Assembly: GCA_964558375.1 (NCBI GenBank)
Contig: CAZLCD010000001.1
Span: forward strand, 131,406 to 195,405
Direction: 5' to 3'
DNA: 64,000 nucleotides
From: an uncultured Candidatus Saccharibacteria bacterium
GTDB taxonomy: Bacteria > Patescibacteriota > Minisyncoccia > Phycocordibacterales > PALSA-1337
The position numbers and the translations under genes were made by a program. Below the pieces are notes generated by a model. That model did no database searches. It was not told the origin of the DNA and saw nothing but the letters and a program-made list of their open reading frames with translations. The number at the start of each line of letters is the position of its first letter. Within the stretch, counting starts at the first letter, position 1. Of this stretch, positions 18,786 through 28,895 are shown one piece after another.

Positions 18786-20142
18786 TTTTGTGATAGTTTC
18801 TATCCTAATATTAACCATCTCCCTCCGCTTATACTTCGCTCTCAATAATAACCATCGAGACGTCTTGGTTGAAAAATACTCGGGTAAAGTTTCTGAAGTT
18901 ACGGGTATTATTATCGATGAGCCCCTAACAAAAGATTTTACCAAGACCTTCACCGTAAAAACTGAAAGTATTATTGGCAATGATATCAATAACGATAGTG
19001 TAAATATAAATATCCGCGTTCAAACCGAAAGGTACTTGGATTATGAATATGGTCAGAAAATTCTTTTGAAAGGGAGGCTGTCGGCACCATTTAATTTTAA
19101 AAGTAATGGCGGCAGGACCTTTGATTATATCAATTTTCTTTTGAAAGACGGTATTTATTTTGAAATGAAAAAGCCCAGCATAGAAATTTTGGAAAGCGAG
19201 ACAGGAAGCATAGTTTCAAGAAATTTATTTAAAGTTAAACAAAAGTTTTTGAGAAATATAAAAAGAGTTTTGGGAGAACCACATGCTGCCTTGGCTGGAG
19301 GTCTTGTGGTGGGGGAGAAAAGTGCTTTGGGCAAAGATCTGCTTGAGGATTTTAGGTTGGTCGGACTCATACATATCATAGTTCTTTCTGGTTACAATAT
19401 AACCATCATTGCCGATTCTATAATGAAAATATTGTCTTTCTTACCCAGAACACTCGGTATTGTTACTGGAGGTTTTGGAATTGTAGCTTTCGGCATTCTT
19501 GTTGGTGGGGGAGCAACTGTTGTGCGCTCTTGCATCATGGCGGTGATCGCTCTATCAGGATCTCTCTTCCGTAAAGATTACAATGCGGGCAAAGCACTTT
19601 TTGTGGCTGGAGCTTTGATGTTAATCCAAAACCCTCTTATCCTTCTTTACGATCCTTCATTTCAACTTTCATTTCTAGCAACTATGGGACTTATTTTACT
19701 ATCTTCACCCATTGAAAATAAATTGAAATTCATCACAGAGAGGCTAGGCATGCGCTCTCTCATAGCCTCTACCTTTGCTACACAGATTTTTGTTTCGCCA
19801 TTTATTTTGCATATGATGGGACAACTTTCTTTGATAGGGGTGATCGTAAATATTTTGGTTTTACCGATTATCCCTCTAACCATGCTTTTTGTGGCACTGA
19901 CTGGTTTTGCTGGTTTTATTTCAAATACCCTGGCTTATATACCAGGGTATCTTTCTCATTTTCTATTGTCCTATGAACTTATGATTGTTAACCTTTTTGC
20001 AAAGGTGCCTTTTGCCTCGATCAATTTACCAAAGTTTTCTTTTTGGTTGGTAGTGGCCTTCTATGCTAGCTATTTTGTAGCTTCGATAAAGTTACCTTCA
20101 ACTTTCTCCCAATTCAAATTTAAAAAGAAATCTTCTACATAA
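18760..20142 (+). CDS. comEC: ComEC/Rec2 competence channel, membrane portion (DUF4131 + competence domain)
   Basis: N-terminal TM, OB-like region, ALAGGLVVGEKSALGKDLLEDFRLVGLIHIIVLSGYNI motif, multiple TM helices. Confidence 0.7.
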   Translation: MSNQNSKFNFVIVSILILTISLRLYFALNNNHRDVLVEKYSGKVSEVTGIIIDEPLTKDFTKTFTVKTESIIGNDINNDSVNINIRVQTERYLDYEYGQKILLKGRLSAPFNFKSNGGRTFDYINFLLKDGIYFEMKKPSIEILESETGSIVSRNLFKVKQKFLRNIKRVLGEPHAALAGGLVVGEKSALGKDLLEDFRLVGLIHIIVLSGYNITIIADSIMKILSFLPRTLGIVTGGFGIVAFGILVGGGATVVRSCIMAVIALSGSLFRKDYNAGKALFVAGALMLIQNPLILLYDPSFQLSFLATMGLILLSSPIENKLKFITERLGMRSLIASTFATQIFVSPFILHMMGQLSLIGVIVNILVLPIIPLTMLFVALTGFAGFISNTLAYIPGYLSHFLLSYELMIVNLFAKVPFASINLPKFSFWLVVAFYASYFVASIKLPSTFSQFKFKKKSST

Positions 20143-20621
20143 TTTTTCTTACCAGATGGGGCATAGTCTGCAACATATGAATGCTCCCACATATCAAGAG
20201 CAAGGATGATGGGGCAATTTTGTAGATGATTGATATGTTGCTCCTCAACCCAATTATTTATAAGGCATTTGTTTTCTCTGTCATAATAAAGCATAGCCCA
20301 ACCTATACCGCGAGTAAGAGCAATAGCTTTGAAGCTCACAAGCCATGCATCGAATGAATTGAAATCAGTCTCTATTTGTTTCTTGAGCAGGCTATTTTCA
20401 GAAAGAGCTTTCATGCCACCTTCCAGACTAGTGAAATATATTTCATGATTCCTCATGCCATTGTATTCGAAACCAAGTCTGCGAATATCTTGTTTTCCTT
20501 CCAGAGTTTCATTTAAATTCTTCACATAACCAGCATAAAGCTTCAAATGCTCCTCTATGGTTTTGCTCGAAATTCCTTTCAATGTCCCAATATTAAATTT
20601 TTTCTCGGTAAATGTTTTCAT
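20070..20621 (-). CDS. sodA: Fe/Mn superoxide dismutase
   Basis: Metal ligand context EEH..., NHEIYF, ILALDMWEHSY (D-x-W-E-H); ATG at 20621. Confidence 0.75.
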   Translation of the reverse strand: MKTFTEKKFNIGTLKGISSKTIEEHLKLYAGYVKNLNETLEGKQDIRRLGFEYNGMRNHEIYFTSLEGGMKALSENSLLKKQIETDFNSFDAWLVSFKAIALTRGIGWAMLYYDRENKCLINNWVEEQHINHLQNCPIILALDMWEHSYVADYAPSGKKNYVEDFFLNLNWEKVEGNFIEATK

Positions 20622-20639
20622 ATGATAACATTCTATCAC

Positions 20640-21410
20640 ATGAAAAAAATTAAAGGCATTAAAATATGGGTGTTCATACTTTTTACACTAGGGATTATCT
20701 CCTTAGGTCTCTATATTTATGCTTGGGAATATCGAAAGCCTCTACTCGAGGTGGATTTCTTTAGCTTAAATAAGGGTAGGGCGATTTTTGTTCGTACGCC
20801 TATGAATAAGACTATTTTAATAGGTGGAGGACAGAATTCTGAAACTATAAGGGAAATCACAAAGCAAATGCCTTTTTATTCAAAAAAGATTGACACCGTG
20901 ATTATTCCTAGCGCTACAGCCGCTCAGATCGGCGGGTTAATAGAGATTGTAGACAGATATGAGATTGAGGAGATTTTAATACCAAAGACGCTATCAACAA
21001 GCACAGTTCTGACTCAATTAATGAAAGAGGTGAGAAAAAATAAAATCCATGTGGAGGAAGTAGAAAGGGGAGACACTATAGAAATTGAAAATGATTTAAG
21101 TTTTGAAATTCTATTTCCTTATGAAGAATTTAAATTTAATAAAACAAGTCTACCTGAACTTGGCTTAGCTATTTTATACAAGGATACCGGCGCATATCTC
21201 ATGGGGAATTTATCAAAGACAATTCAAAAAGATATTGCGCAAAACTTGTCTGTAACCACCAAAAACATTCTAGAATATTATCATAGCGCTACAGATACGA
21301 AGGTCTCTCCAGACCTTGTAGAGAAGCTAGACCCAAAATTTACTTTTTCAACAAAAGAAAAATCCATAAAATGGATTTCTGAGGGGGTAGAATGGATTAA
21401 GGGGAAATAA
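20640..21410 (+). CDS. ComEC C-terminal metallo-beta-lactamase-like domain protein, degenerate (HxHxDH replaced)
   Basis: TM + GRAIFVRTP...ILIGGGQ...TVIIPSATAAQIGGL resembles ComEC MBL domain but lacks His/Asp ligands. Confidence 0.5.
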   Translation: MKKIKGIKIWVFILFTLGIISLGLYIYAWEYRKPLLEVDFFSLNKGRAIFVRTPMNKTILIGGGQNSETIREITKQMPFYSKKIDTVIIPSATAAQIGGLIEIVDRYEIEEILIPKTLSTSTVLTQLMKEVRKNKIHVEEVERGDTIEIENDLSFEILFPYEEFKFNKTSLPELGLAILYKDTGAYLMGNLSKTIQKDIAQNLSVTTKNILEYYHSATDTKVSPDLVEKLDPKFTFSTKEKSIKWISEGVEWIKGK

Positions 21411-21432
21411 AAACTACTATTAGAACTAAGAA

Positions 21433-21675
21433 TTAAATAATCCCTGCTTTCTTGAGAGTTGCAAAAGCACCACGCTTCTTGATAGTTCGAAGAGCCTTAG
21501 TTGAGATAGTAAGGTTGAAAGACTTTTTGAGTTCAGGAACATAGATCTTCTTTTTTTGAAGATTTGGATACTTGCGTACCATTCCTGTAGGGTTAAACTG
21601 AGTAGCACGAGTGGCGTTTGAATATCCGCCTGCTACCATTGAACCTTTCTTTGTAATATCACAAACTTTAGCCAT
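21433..21675 (-). CDS. rpmB: 50S ribosomal protein L28
   Basis: MAKVCDITKKG...RATQFNPTG signature. Confidence 0.8.
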   Translation of the reverse strand: MAKVCDITKKGSMVAGGYSNATRATQFNPTGMVRKYPNLQKKKIYVPELKKSFNLTISTKALRTIKKRGAFATLKKAGII

Positions 21676-21726
21676 AGTGTTGATTATGCTATCATAAGTC
21701 TTATATTTAGCAAGTAATATTACAAT

Positions 21727-22332
21727 ATGGACCCATTAACTTTCACCGTTTCTGTTATTATATTGGTCATGTCTGTTGTTCTACATGAGCTTGCTCATGG
21801 CTATACAGCAGAGCTTCTTGGCGACCCTACTCCACGTTTACAAGGTCGACTTACTCTAAATCCACTCAAACATTTAGAATTATTTGGTTCTCTGATAGTG
21901 CCCCTCATTACTTCTATGACTGGCTTCATTTTTGGTTGGGCAAAGCCTGTGCAGTGGAATCCTTATAATGTAAAAAATAAAAGATGGGGAGAGCTTATCA
22001 TATCTATCGCTGGACCAGCTTCAAATATTTTTATTGCTATAGTTTTTGGATTGGTGATTAGGTTTTTTGGTGAAAGTTTCTCTACAGCTTTCTTGCAAAT
22101 CTCAACTTATGTCATCTTGATCAATGTTGTCTTGGCAGTATTTAATCTTGTACCGATACCACCACTTGATGGCTCAAAGGTCTTATTTTCTCTATTACCA
22201 CCTCATCTGGGGTATGTAAGAGAGTTTATCGAAAAGTATTCGATATTTCTTTTCCTCTTCCTGATTCTCTTCCTCTGGAGATTCATAGAACCTATAGTGC
22301 CATTTATTTTTAAAACTATTTTAGGGGTTTAA
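21727..22332 (+). CDS. Site-2 protease family (M50-like) membrane metalloprotease
   Basis: HELAHG zinc motif in first TM, NLVPIPPLDGSK motif, multi-TM. Confidence 0.6.
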   Translation: MDPLTFTVSVIILVMSVVLHELAHGYTAELLGDPTPRLQGRLTLNPLKHLELFGSLIVPLITSMTGFIFGWAKPVQWNPYNVKNKRWGELIISIAGPASNIFIAIVFGLVIRFFGESFSTAFLQISTYVILINVVLAVFNLVPIPPLDGSKVLFSLLPPHLGYVREFIEKYSIFLFLFLILFLWRFIEPIVPFIFKTILGV

Positions 22333-22481
22333 ATTTGCCTTTTCTGCTCAATATGATAGAGTACTTTCACGTTGTAAAACGAAAAGGGGTGAGTAACCGC
22401 TAGGTGAAAACAATCAACCCTTTTGTAAAAATAAGTAATTATTAAATATTAGTCGAGTTAATTAAATAAGTTAAATAAATA

Positions 22482-22901
22482 ATGCCAACAATCAATCAGC
22501 TTATACGCAAAAACCGTGTGCGATTTATCAAAAAGACAAAGTCTATAGCATTGACTAGAAGTTTCAATACTATTAAGAACCGTCCGAACTTTTTCCCATC
22601 TCCATTTAAAAGAGGAGTATGTATAAAGGTTACAACAAAGACTCCAAAGAAACCAAACTCAGCTATACGAAAGATCGCCCGAGTAAGACTTTCAAATGGT
22701 CTAGAAGTAACAGCCTATATTCCAGGAGAAGGACACAATCTTCAAGAACACTCAGTGGTTCTCTTGAGAGGAGGTCGCGTAAAGGACGTTGGACTTCGAT
22801 ATACAGTAGTACGAGGTGTGCTCGATGCAGCTGGAGTAGAGAAGCGCCGAAAGGGTCGAAGTCAATACGGAAACAAGAAGCCAAAGGCAGCCAAGGCTTA
22901 A
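22482..22901 (+). CDS. rpsL: 30S ribosomal protein S12
   Basis: [10 protein letters not shown]...conserved S12 sequence. Confidence 0.95.
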   Translation: MPTINQLIRKNRVRFIKKTKSIALTRSFNTIKNRPNFFPSPFKRGVCIKVTTKTPKKPNSAIRKIARVRLSNGLEVTAYIPGEGHNLQEHSVVLLRGGRVKDVGLRYTVVRGVLDAAGVEKRRKGRSQYGNKKPKAAKA

Positions 22902-22948
22902 GCTTAGTATCCAATCTTACATTAACCAACAATTTTAATTAAAATACT

Positions 22949-23419
22949 ATGAGAAGAAGAATAAAGAATAAGCATATACTTAAGCCAGAATCTGTCTATG
23001 AAAGCGTCAAAGTTTCAAAGCTTATAAACTATGTCATGGACTCAGGCAAAAAGGCTACAGCTCGCAAGGTTGTATATGATTGCTTCGAATATATAAAAGA
23101 AAAGTCAAAGACTGAAGCTCCTTTGGAAGTTTTTGAAACTGCTTTGAAGAACACTATGCCAGCTATGGAAGTGCGCTCAAGAAGAGTGGGAGGTGCAAAC
23201 TATCAAGTTCCTCGAGAAGTTCGTCCAGAAAGACAGCGCTCACTTTCTATGAAATGGATTGTGCTTGCAGCTCGCTCAAAGAAGGGAAAGCCAATGGCAG
23301 AAAAGCTTGGAGATGAGATCATCGCAGCTTCAAAGAATGAGGGAGAAGCAGTGAAGAAGCGTGAAAATACTCACAAGATGGCAGAGGCAAACAAAGCATT
23401 CGCTCACTTTGCTTGGTAG
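22949..23419 (+). CDS. rpsG: 30S ribosomal protein S7
   Basis: Conserved S7 sequence. Confidence 0.95.
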   Translation: MRRRIKNKHILKPESVYESVKVSKLINYVMDSGKKATARKVVYDCFEYIKEKSKTEAPLEVFETALKNTMPAMEVRSRRVGGANYQVPREVRPERQRSLSMKWIVLAARSKKGKPMAEKLGDEIIAASKNEGEAVKKRENTHKMAEANKAFAHFAW

Positions 23420-23480
23420 GGGTTTTTGGTATAGTTGGTTTTTATAATTTTAGTCTATATAATTTATCTATATTTAATTT

Positions 23481-25625
23481 ATGCAAAGAGATTATCCATT
23501 AGAAAAAGTTCGTAATTTCGGTATCATCGCTCACATCGACGCTGGTAAAACTACTACATCAGAACGTATTTTGTATTACACAGGTATGATCCATAAGATC
23601 GGTGAAGTACATGAAGGAGAGACAACTACAGACTGGATGGAGCAGGAAAGAGAGCGAGGTATCACTATTACTGCCGCTGCCATCACTTGTTTCTGGAACC
23701 CTTCATACATGCCAAAAACAGACGTTTCAAAAAAGGTACGCTTCAATGTTATCGACACCCCAGGACATATCGACTTTACAGTAGAGGTAAAGCGATCTTT
23801 GCGCGTGCTTGACGGTGCTGTGGTGGTATTCGATGGAGTAGCGGGTGTAGAGCCTCAATCAGAGACCAACTGGCGTTATGCAGATGAAAGCAATGTACCT
23901 AGACTTTGCTTTATAAATAAAATGGACAGAATGGGTGCTTCTTTTGAAAGATCATATGCTTCAATTCTTGAAAGATTAAATAAAAAGGCTGTAAGATTTC
24001 AGATTCCTATAGGAACAGAAGGGGATCACAATGGAGTTATCGATCTTCTTAAAATGAAAGCTTATTACTTTGAAGGTGAAAAGGGTATAGAAGTTATAGA
24101 AAAGGAAATTCCAGAAAACCTTCTAGCTGACGCAAAGAAATATCATGCTGAGCTTATAGAAAAAGCTGTAGAACACAATGATGTGCTTATGCAACAATAC
24201 CTAGACGGTAAAGAAATCCCAGTCGAAGTTCTAAAGACTGAGATCCGAAAACTTGTGATCGACAACAAAATCTTCCCAGTATTTACAGGTTCTGCTCTTA
24301 AGAATGTCGGAGTTCAGCTAGTACTAGACGCGGTGGTTGATTATCTACCAGCCCCTACAGATATAAAGGCAGTAAGAGGTATAGATCCAAACACAGGTGA
24401 GGAGGTTTTCCGTGGACCATCTGATGAAGAACCTTTTGCGGCACTAGCCTTCAAGCTTCAGAACGATCCATTCGTAGGACAGCTGACCTTCTTTAGAGTA
24501 TATTCTGGAACAATAGAAGCTGGAACCTATCTTTACAATGCTACAACTGGCAAGAAGGAGAGACTTGGACGTATAGTGCGCCTACAAGCTGATAAAAGAG
24601 AAGAGGTTAAGAAAGTTTTTGCTGGAGAGATCGCTGCAGCAGTAGGTCTAAAGGATGCCCTTACTTCACATACTTTCTGCGATGAAGAAAAACCAATAGT
24701 TCTAGAGACGATCAAGTTCCTAGAGCCTGTGGTTTCTCTACGTGTAGAGCCAAAGACCAAAGCTGATCAAGAGAAAATGGGTATGGCACTCAAAAAGCTT
24801 GGAAATGAAGATCCAACATTTAAGATTTCTTCAAATAGCGAAACAGGAGAAACCATCATCTCAGGTATGGGAGAATTGCACTTGGACATTATGGTTGATC
24901 GTATGAAAAGAGAATTCGGTGTAGAAACTACAGTCGGTAAGCCTCAAGTAGCATACAGAGAGACAATTATGGGTACAGCAGAAGCAGAACACAAGTACAT
25001 CAAGCAATCAGGAGGTAAGGGTCAATACGGTCACGTAAAGATCAATATCAAGCCTATGGAAAAACTTGTCGAAGGTGAGAAGATTGCAAAGAATATTAGT
25101 CGATATGATGATTTCGAATTCATCAACTCTATAAAAGGAGGAGTTATCCCTCAAGAGTTCATCCCTGCAGTAGAGAAGGGGGTTCACGAGGCTATGGATC
25201 GAGGTATTGTCGCAGGTTTCCGTATGGTAAATGTAAGTTGCGAATTAACTTTCGGTTCTTACCATGATGTAGACTCATCCGAAATCGCTTACAAGATCGC
25301 AGGATCACAAGCCTTCCAAGAAGCTGCAAAGCGTGCACGTCCAGTTATTCTAGAACCTATCATGAAGCTTGAAGTTCTTTTCCCAGACAAATTCATGGGT
25401 GATGTTACAGGAAGTATCTCTTCAAAGAGAGGAACAATCGAGGAAATGACCGAAAGAGGTCAAGCCAAAGTTCTACATGCTATGGTCCCTCTTTCAGAAA
25501 TGTTCGGATACACTACTCAGCTTCGTTCAATGACTTCAGGACAAGGTTCAGCAACAATGGAATTTGATCATTACGAAGTGGTTCCAAAGAACGTTGAGGC
25601 GTCTATTGTGGAGGCGAGGAAGTAG
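23481..25625 (+). CDS. fusA: Elongation factor G
   Basis: AHIDAGKTT, DTPGHIDF G-domain motifs, 714 aa. Confidence 0.95.
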   Translation: MQRDYPLEKVRNFGIIAHIDAGKTTTSERILYYTGMIHKIGEVHEGETTTDWMEQERERGITITAAAITCFWNPSYMPKTDVSKKVRFNVIDTPGHIDFTVEVKRSLRVLDGAVVVFDGVAGVEPQSETNWRYADESNVPRLCFINKMDRMGASFERSYASILERLNKKAVRFQIPIGTEGDHNGVIDLLKMKAYYFEGEKGIEVIEKEIPENLLADAKKYHAELIEKAVEHNDVLMQQYLDGKEIPVEVLKTEIRKLVIDNKIFPVFTGSALKNVGVQLVLDAVVDYLPAPTDIKAVRGIDPNTGEEVFRGPSDEEPFAALAFKLQNDPFVGQLTFFRVYSGTIEAGTYLYNATTGKKERLGRIVRLQADKREEVKKVFAGEIAAAVGLKDALTSHTFCDEEKPIVLETIKFLEPVVSLRVEPKTKADQEKMGMALKKLGNEDPTFKISSNSETGETIISGMGELHLDIMVDRMKREFGVETTVGKPQVAYRETIMGTAEAEHKYIKQSGGKGQYGHVKINIKPMEKLVEGEKIAKNISRYDDFEFINSIKGGVIPQEFIPAVEKGVHEAMDRGIVAGFRMVNVSCELTFGSYHDVDSSEIAYKIAGSQAFQEAAKRARPVILEPIMKLEVLFPDKFMGDVTGSISSKRGTIEEMTERGQAKVLHAMVPLSEMFGYTTQLRSMTSGQGSATMEFDHYEVVPKNVEASIVEARK

Positions 25626-25662
25626 ATAAAAAATTGTGACACATAATATATGATTAAAATCA

Positions 25663-25721
25663 TTGACTTCAAAACATGTGTTATGTTAGTATAGCGAGTA
25701 CGCGTTTTTGCGTTGGTACTC
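25663..25721 (+). promoter_or_regulatory. Putative sigma70-like promoter (TTGACT-18-TAGTAT) plus 5'UTR hairpin upstream of tuf
   Basis: TTGACT at 25663, TAGTAT at 25687; inverted repeat GAGTAC...GTACTC 25697-25721. Confidence 0.35.
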
Positions 25722-25755
25722 TTAATAATTATTAATTTTTTAAATATTATATTTT

Positions 25756-26946
25756 ATGGCAGCAACAGAATTTAATCGTACAAAACCACATGTGAACGTA
25801 GGTACTATCGGACACGTTGACCACGGTAAGACAACTCTTACTACTTCTATTCTTGCTGTTCAAGCAAAGGATGGTCTTGCTCAATTGAAGGCTTATGCAG
25901 ATATTGCAAAGGGAGGTACAGTTCGAGATGCTACAAAGGTGGTTACAATTTCTCTAGCTCACGTAGAATACGAGTCAAATGCAAGACACTATGCTCATAT
26001 CGATGCTCCAGGACACGCTGACTATATAAAGAACATGATCACAGGTGCTGCCCAGATGGACGGTGCTATCCTTGTGGTATCTGCTCTAGACGGTGTTATG
26101 CCACAGACAAGAGAGCATATTCTTCTTGCAAAGCAAGTCGGTGTTCCTCAAATAGTAGTTTTCTTGAACAAGTGCGATATGGTTGCGGAAGCTGATCTTC
26201 TAGATCTAGTTGAAGAAGAAGTAAGAGATCTCCTTACAAAGAATGGTTTTGACGGAAAAGGAGCGCCAGTTATAAGAGGTTCTGCTCTTAAGGCTCTTGA
26301 AGGTGATCCAGCTTGGGTAGCAAAGATCAAGGATCTTATGAACGCTCTAGATACTTATATCCCTATGCCAGTTCGTGAAGTTGATAAGCCTTTCCTTATG
26401 CCTATCGAAGACATCTTCTCTATCGAAGGTCGTGGAACTGTAGTAACAGGTCGTATTGAAAGAGGTATGATCAAGGTTGGTGAAGAAGTAGAAGTTATCG
26501 GTTTCAAAGATACTTCAAAGACAACTATCACTGGTATCGAAATGTTCAATAAGAGCCTAAAGGAAGGTATCGCTGGGGATAACGCAGGACTACTTCTAAG
26601 AGGTACTGGAAAAGACGATGTAACTCGTGGTATGGTTCTTGCTAAGACTGGTTCAGTGAAACCTCACACAGATTTCGAATCAGAAGTTTATATCCTAAAG
26701 AAAGAAGAGGGTGGACGACATACCCCATTCTTTACAGGATACAAGCCTCAGTTCTATATCAGAACAACTGACGTAACAGGAGAAGTGACTTTGGCAGAAG
26801 GAGTAGAAATGGTTATGCCAGGAGACACAGTTACTTTCAAGGTAAAGCTTGTATCACCAGTTGCTCTAGAAGATAAGATGAGATTTGCTATTCGAGAAGG
26901 AGGCAAGACTGTGGGTGCTGGAGTTGTAACAAAAATCGTTGCCTAA
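25756..26946 (+). CDS. tuf: Elongation factor Tu
   Basis: [22 protein letters not shown] motifs. Confidence 0.95.
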   Translation: MAATEFNRTKPHVNVGTIGHVDHGKTTLTTSILAVQAKDGLAQLKAYADIAKGGTVRDATKVVTISLAHVEYESNARHYAHIDAPGHADYIKNMITGAAQMDGAILVVSALDGVMPQTREHILLAKQVGVPQIVVFLNKCDMVAEADLLDLVEEEVRDLLTKNGFDGKGAPVIRGSALKALEGDPAWVAKIKDLMNALDTYIPMPVREVDKPFLMPIEDIFSIEGRGTVVTGRIERGMIKVGEEVEVIGFKDTSKTTITGIEMFNKSLKEGIAGDNAGLLLRGTGKDDVTRGMVLAKTGSVKPHTDFESEVYILKKEEGGRHTPFFTGYKPQFYIRTTDVTGEVTLAEGVEMVMPGDTVTFKVKLVSPVALEDKMRFAIREGGKTVGAGVVTKIVA

Positions 26947-26975
26947 ATACTTTCAGACCTAATTAAATTATCAAC

Positions 26976-27350
26976 ATGGCAACAATCGCAAAAGAAAAGA
27001 GAATCTCTAAACCAAAGGTAGCTAAGGCTCCAAAAGAGGGAGAAATAGCAAAATTAAGGATTAGAGTTCGTGCATACGAATACAAAATTCTCGATGCTTC
27101 TTTGAAGCAGATTATGGATACTGCGATTCGTTACGATGTAGAGTTTTTTGGACCTATACCTCTTCCTACAGAGATAAAGAAATACACAGTCAATCGAGCT
27201 TCTTTTGTATTCAAAAACGCTCGTGAACAGTTCGAGATGCGTGTGCACAAGCGCCTTATTGATATTTTGAATCCAAATCAAAAGATTATTGAAGCCCTTA
27301 CCAATCTCAGTCTTCCATCTGGGGTCAATATAGATGTAAAAATGATGTAA
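26976..27350 (+). CDS. rpsJ: 30S ribosomal protein S10 (with about 20-aa N-terminal extension)
   Basis: KLRIRVRAYEYKILD...conserved S10 core. Confidence 0.9.
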   Translation: MATIAKEKRISKPKVAKAPKEGEIAKLRIRVRAYEYKILDASLKQIMDTAIRYDVEFFGPIPLPTEIKKYTVNRASFVFKNAREQFEMRVHKRLIDILNPNQKIIEALTNLSLPSGVNIDVKMM

Positions 27351-27373
27351 TTGTTTAATTTAAAAATACTGAA

Positions 27374-27940
27374 ATGAAATTCACTCAAAAGTTTATACTG
27401 GGCCGAAAATTAAACATGACACAAGTCTTCGATAAAGAAGGACTAGTTCAGCCTGTTACAATGGTTGAGATTTCTCCGGTTGCTGTTACTCAAGTTAGGA
27501 CCAAAGAAAATGATGGCTATACAGCTGTGCAAGTGTCTTCAAAAAAAGGTAAACTAGAAGTAAAAAAGGAGTTTAGAATGTCTGAGGTTAATAAAAAGGT
27601 CGGTGATTCCATTGATCTAAGCCAGTTTGTAGAAGGTGACACTGTAGAAGTAAGTGCTATCTCAAAGGGTAAAGGTTTTCAGGGTGTAGTTAAGAGACAC
27701 GGCTTCGGTGGAGGTCCTAGAACACACGGTCAGAAACATTCAGAGCGTGAGCCTGGTTCTATCGGAGGAGGACTTAGAAACAAAGTTCCAAAGAAAATGC
27801 GCATGGCAGGACGTATGGGTAGTGACAGGATAACTGTAAAGAATTTGAAGGTAATCCATATTGACTCAGCTACAAACATAATGTACATTCTAGGGGCAAT
27901 ACCTGGTAAAAGAGGTACCTTAGTAGAAATTAGGGGGTAA
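27374..27940 (+). CDS. rplC: 50S ribosomal protein L3
   Basis: GRKLNMTQVF...conserved L3. Confidence 0.9.
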   Translation: MKFTQKFILGRKLNMTQVFDKEGLVQPVTMVEISPVAVTQVRTKENDGYTAVQVSSKKGKLEVKKEFRMSEVNKKVGDSIDLSQFVEGDTVEVSAISKGKGFQGVVKRHGFGGGPRTHGQKHSEREPGSIGGGLRNKVPKKMRMAGRMGSDRITVKNLKVIHIDSATNIMYILGAIPGKRGTLVEIRG

Positions 27941-27956
27941 TTAAATAATATATTAT

Positions 27957-28610
27957 ATGGAAGCAATAACTTACGATCAGAAAGGTAAAGAGGCAGGAAA
28001 AATTAAACTCCCAGAGTCTGTCTTTGGTGTTCCTTGGAATGCCGACCTTGTTCATCAGGTTGTTGTTTCTATGACTTCTAGTGCTAGACATTCTATTGCC
28101 AACACTAAGACGAGAGGTGAGGTGAGTGGTGGAGGTAAGAAGCCATGGCAACAGAAAGGTACTGGTAGAGCTCGACACGGTTCTACACGTTCACCAATAT
28201 GGGTTGGTGGAGGTATCGCTCATGGTCCAAGAGCAGACAAAAATTACGATAGAAAGGTCAACAAAAAGGCCAAAGCTAAAGCTCTCTACACTATTCTTTC
28301 TAAGAAGTTTCGTGATGGAGAAATACTCTTCATAGATTCTCTATCTTTTGCAAAACCAAAGACACAAGATGCAAAGTCTGCTGTTATGGCCTTTTCAAAG
28401 GTTAAGGGTTTTGAAAAATTTGCTACAAAACCAAAGAATGTTGCAATCCTTTCAATTGATAAGAAATATCCAGAGCTCGTAAAGAGTTTCAAAAATTTTG
28501 GAAATATTGAAGTCGAGGAGTTTAGAACCATAAACCCTGTTTCAGTTCTAAATCACAAATACCTGATCATTGCTAACCCTAGTCAATCACTTAAAGCTTT
28601 CAATAAATAA
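27957..28610 (+). CDS. rplD: 50S ribosomal protein L4
   Basis: Conserved L4 (GGGKKPWQQKGTGRAR). Confidence 0.9.
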   Translation: MEAITYDQKGKEAGKIKLPESVFGVPWNADLVHQVVVSMTSSARHSIANTKTRGEVSGGGKKPWQQKGTGRARHGSTRSPIWVGGGIAHGPRADKNYDRKVNKKAKAKALYTILSKKFRDGEILFIDSLSFAKPKTQDAKSAVMAFSKVKGFEKFATKPKNVAILSIDKKYPELVKSFKNFGNIEVEEFRTINPVSVLNHKYLIIANPSQSLKAFNK

Positions 28611-28611
28611 C

Positions 28612-28881
28612 ATGACTACTATCTTACGCCCAAGAATAACAGAAAAGTCAGGAACCATAAGCGAAAACTCGAATATCTATACTTTTGAAGTGGCTAAAAA
28701 TTCCACAAAGCACTCTATTGCAAATGAGATCAAAACACTCTACAAAGTCACTCCAACCAAGGTAGCGATCATCAATCTTCCTGCAAGAAAAGTTTTTGTT
28801 AGAGGAAAAAAGGGTACACAGTCTTCTGTAAAGAAAGCTATGGTGTATCTTAAAAAGGGGGATAAGATTGATTTTGTTTAA
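28612..28881 (+). CDS. rplW: 50S ribosomal protein L23
   Basis: ILRPRITEKS start; ATG immediately after rplD stop. Confidence 0.85.
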   Translation: MTTILRPRITEKSGTISENSNIYTFEVAKNSTKHSIANEIKTLYKVTPTKVAIINLPARKVFVRGKKGTQSSVKKAMVYLKKGDKIDFV

Positions 28882-28895
28882 TTAATTAAATTTTT

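Noticed and set aside
22333-22481. Possible ribosomal leader/attenuator upstream of rpsL (imperfect hairpin AAAGGGGTG...CAACCCTTT)
   Set aside because: Stem is imperfect and no clear terminator/antiterminator alternative could be drawn by eye; left unannotated.
22619-22942. ORFs (107 aa + strand, 89 aa - strand) overlapping rpsL
   Set aside because: Alternative-frame/antisense ORFs inside a highly conserved ribosomal protein gene; no independent signals; typical frame artefacts.
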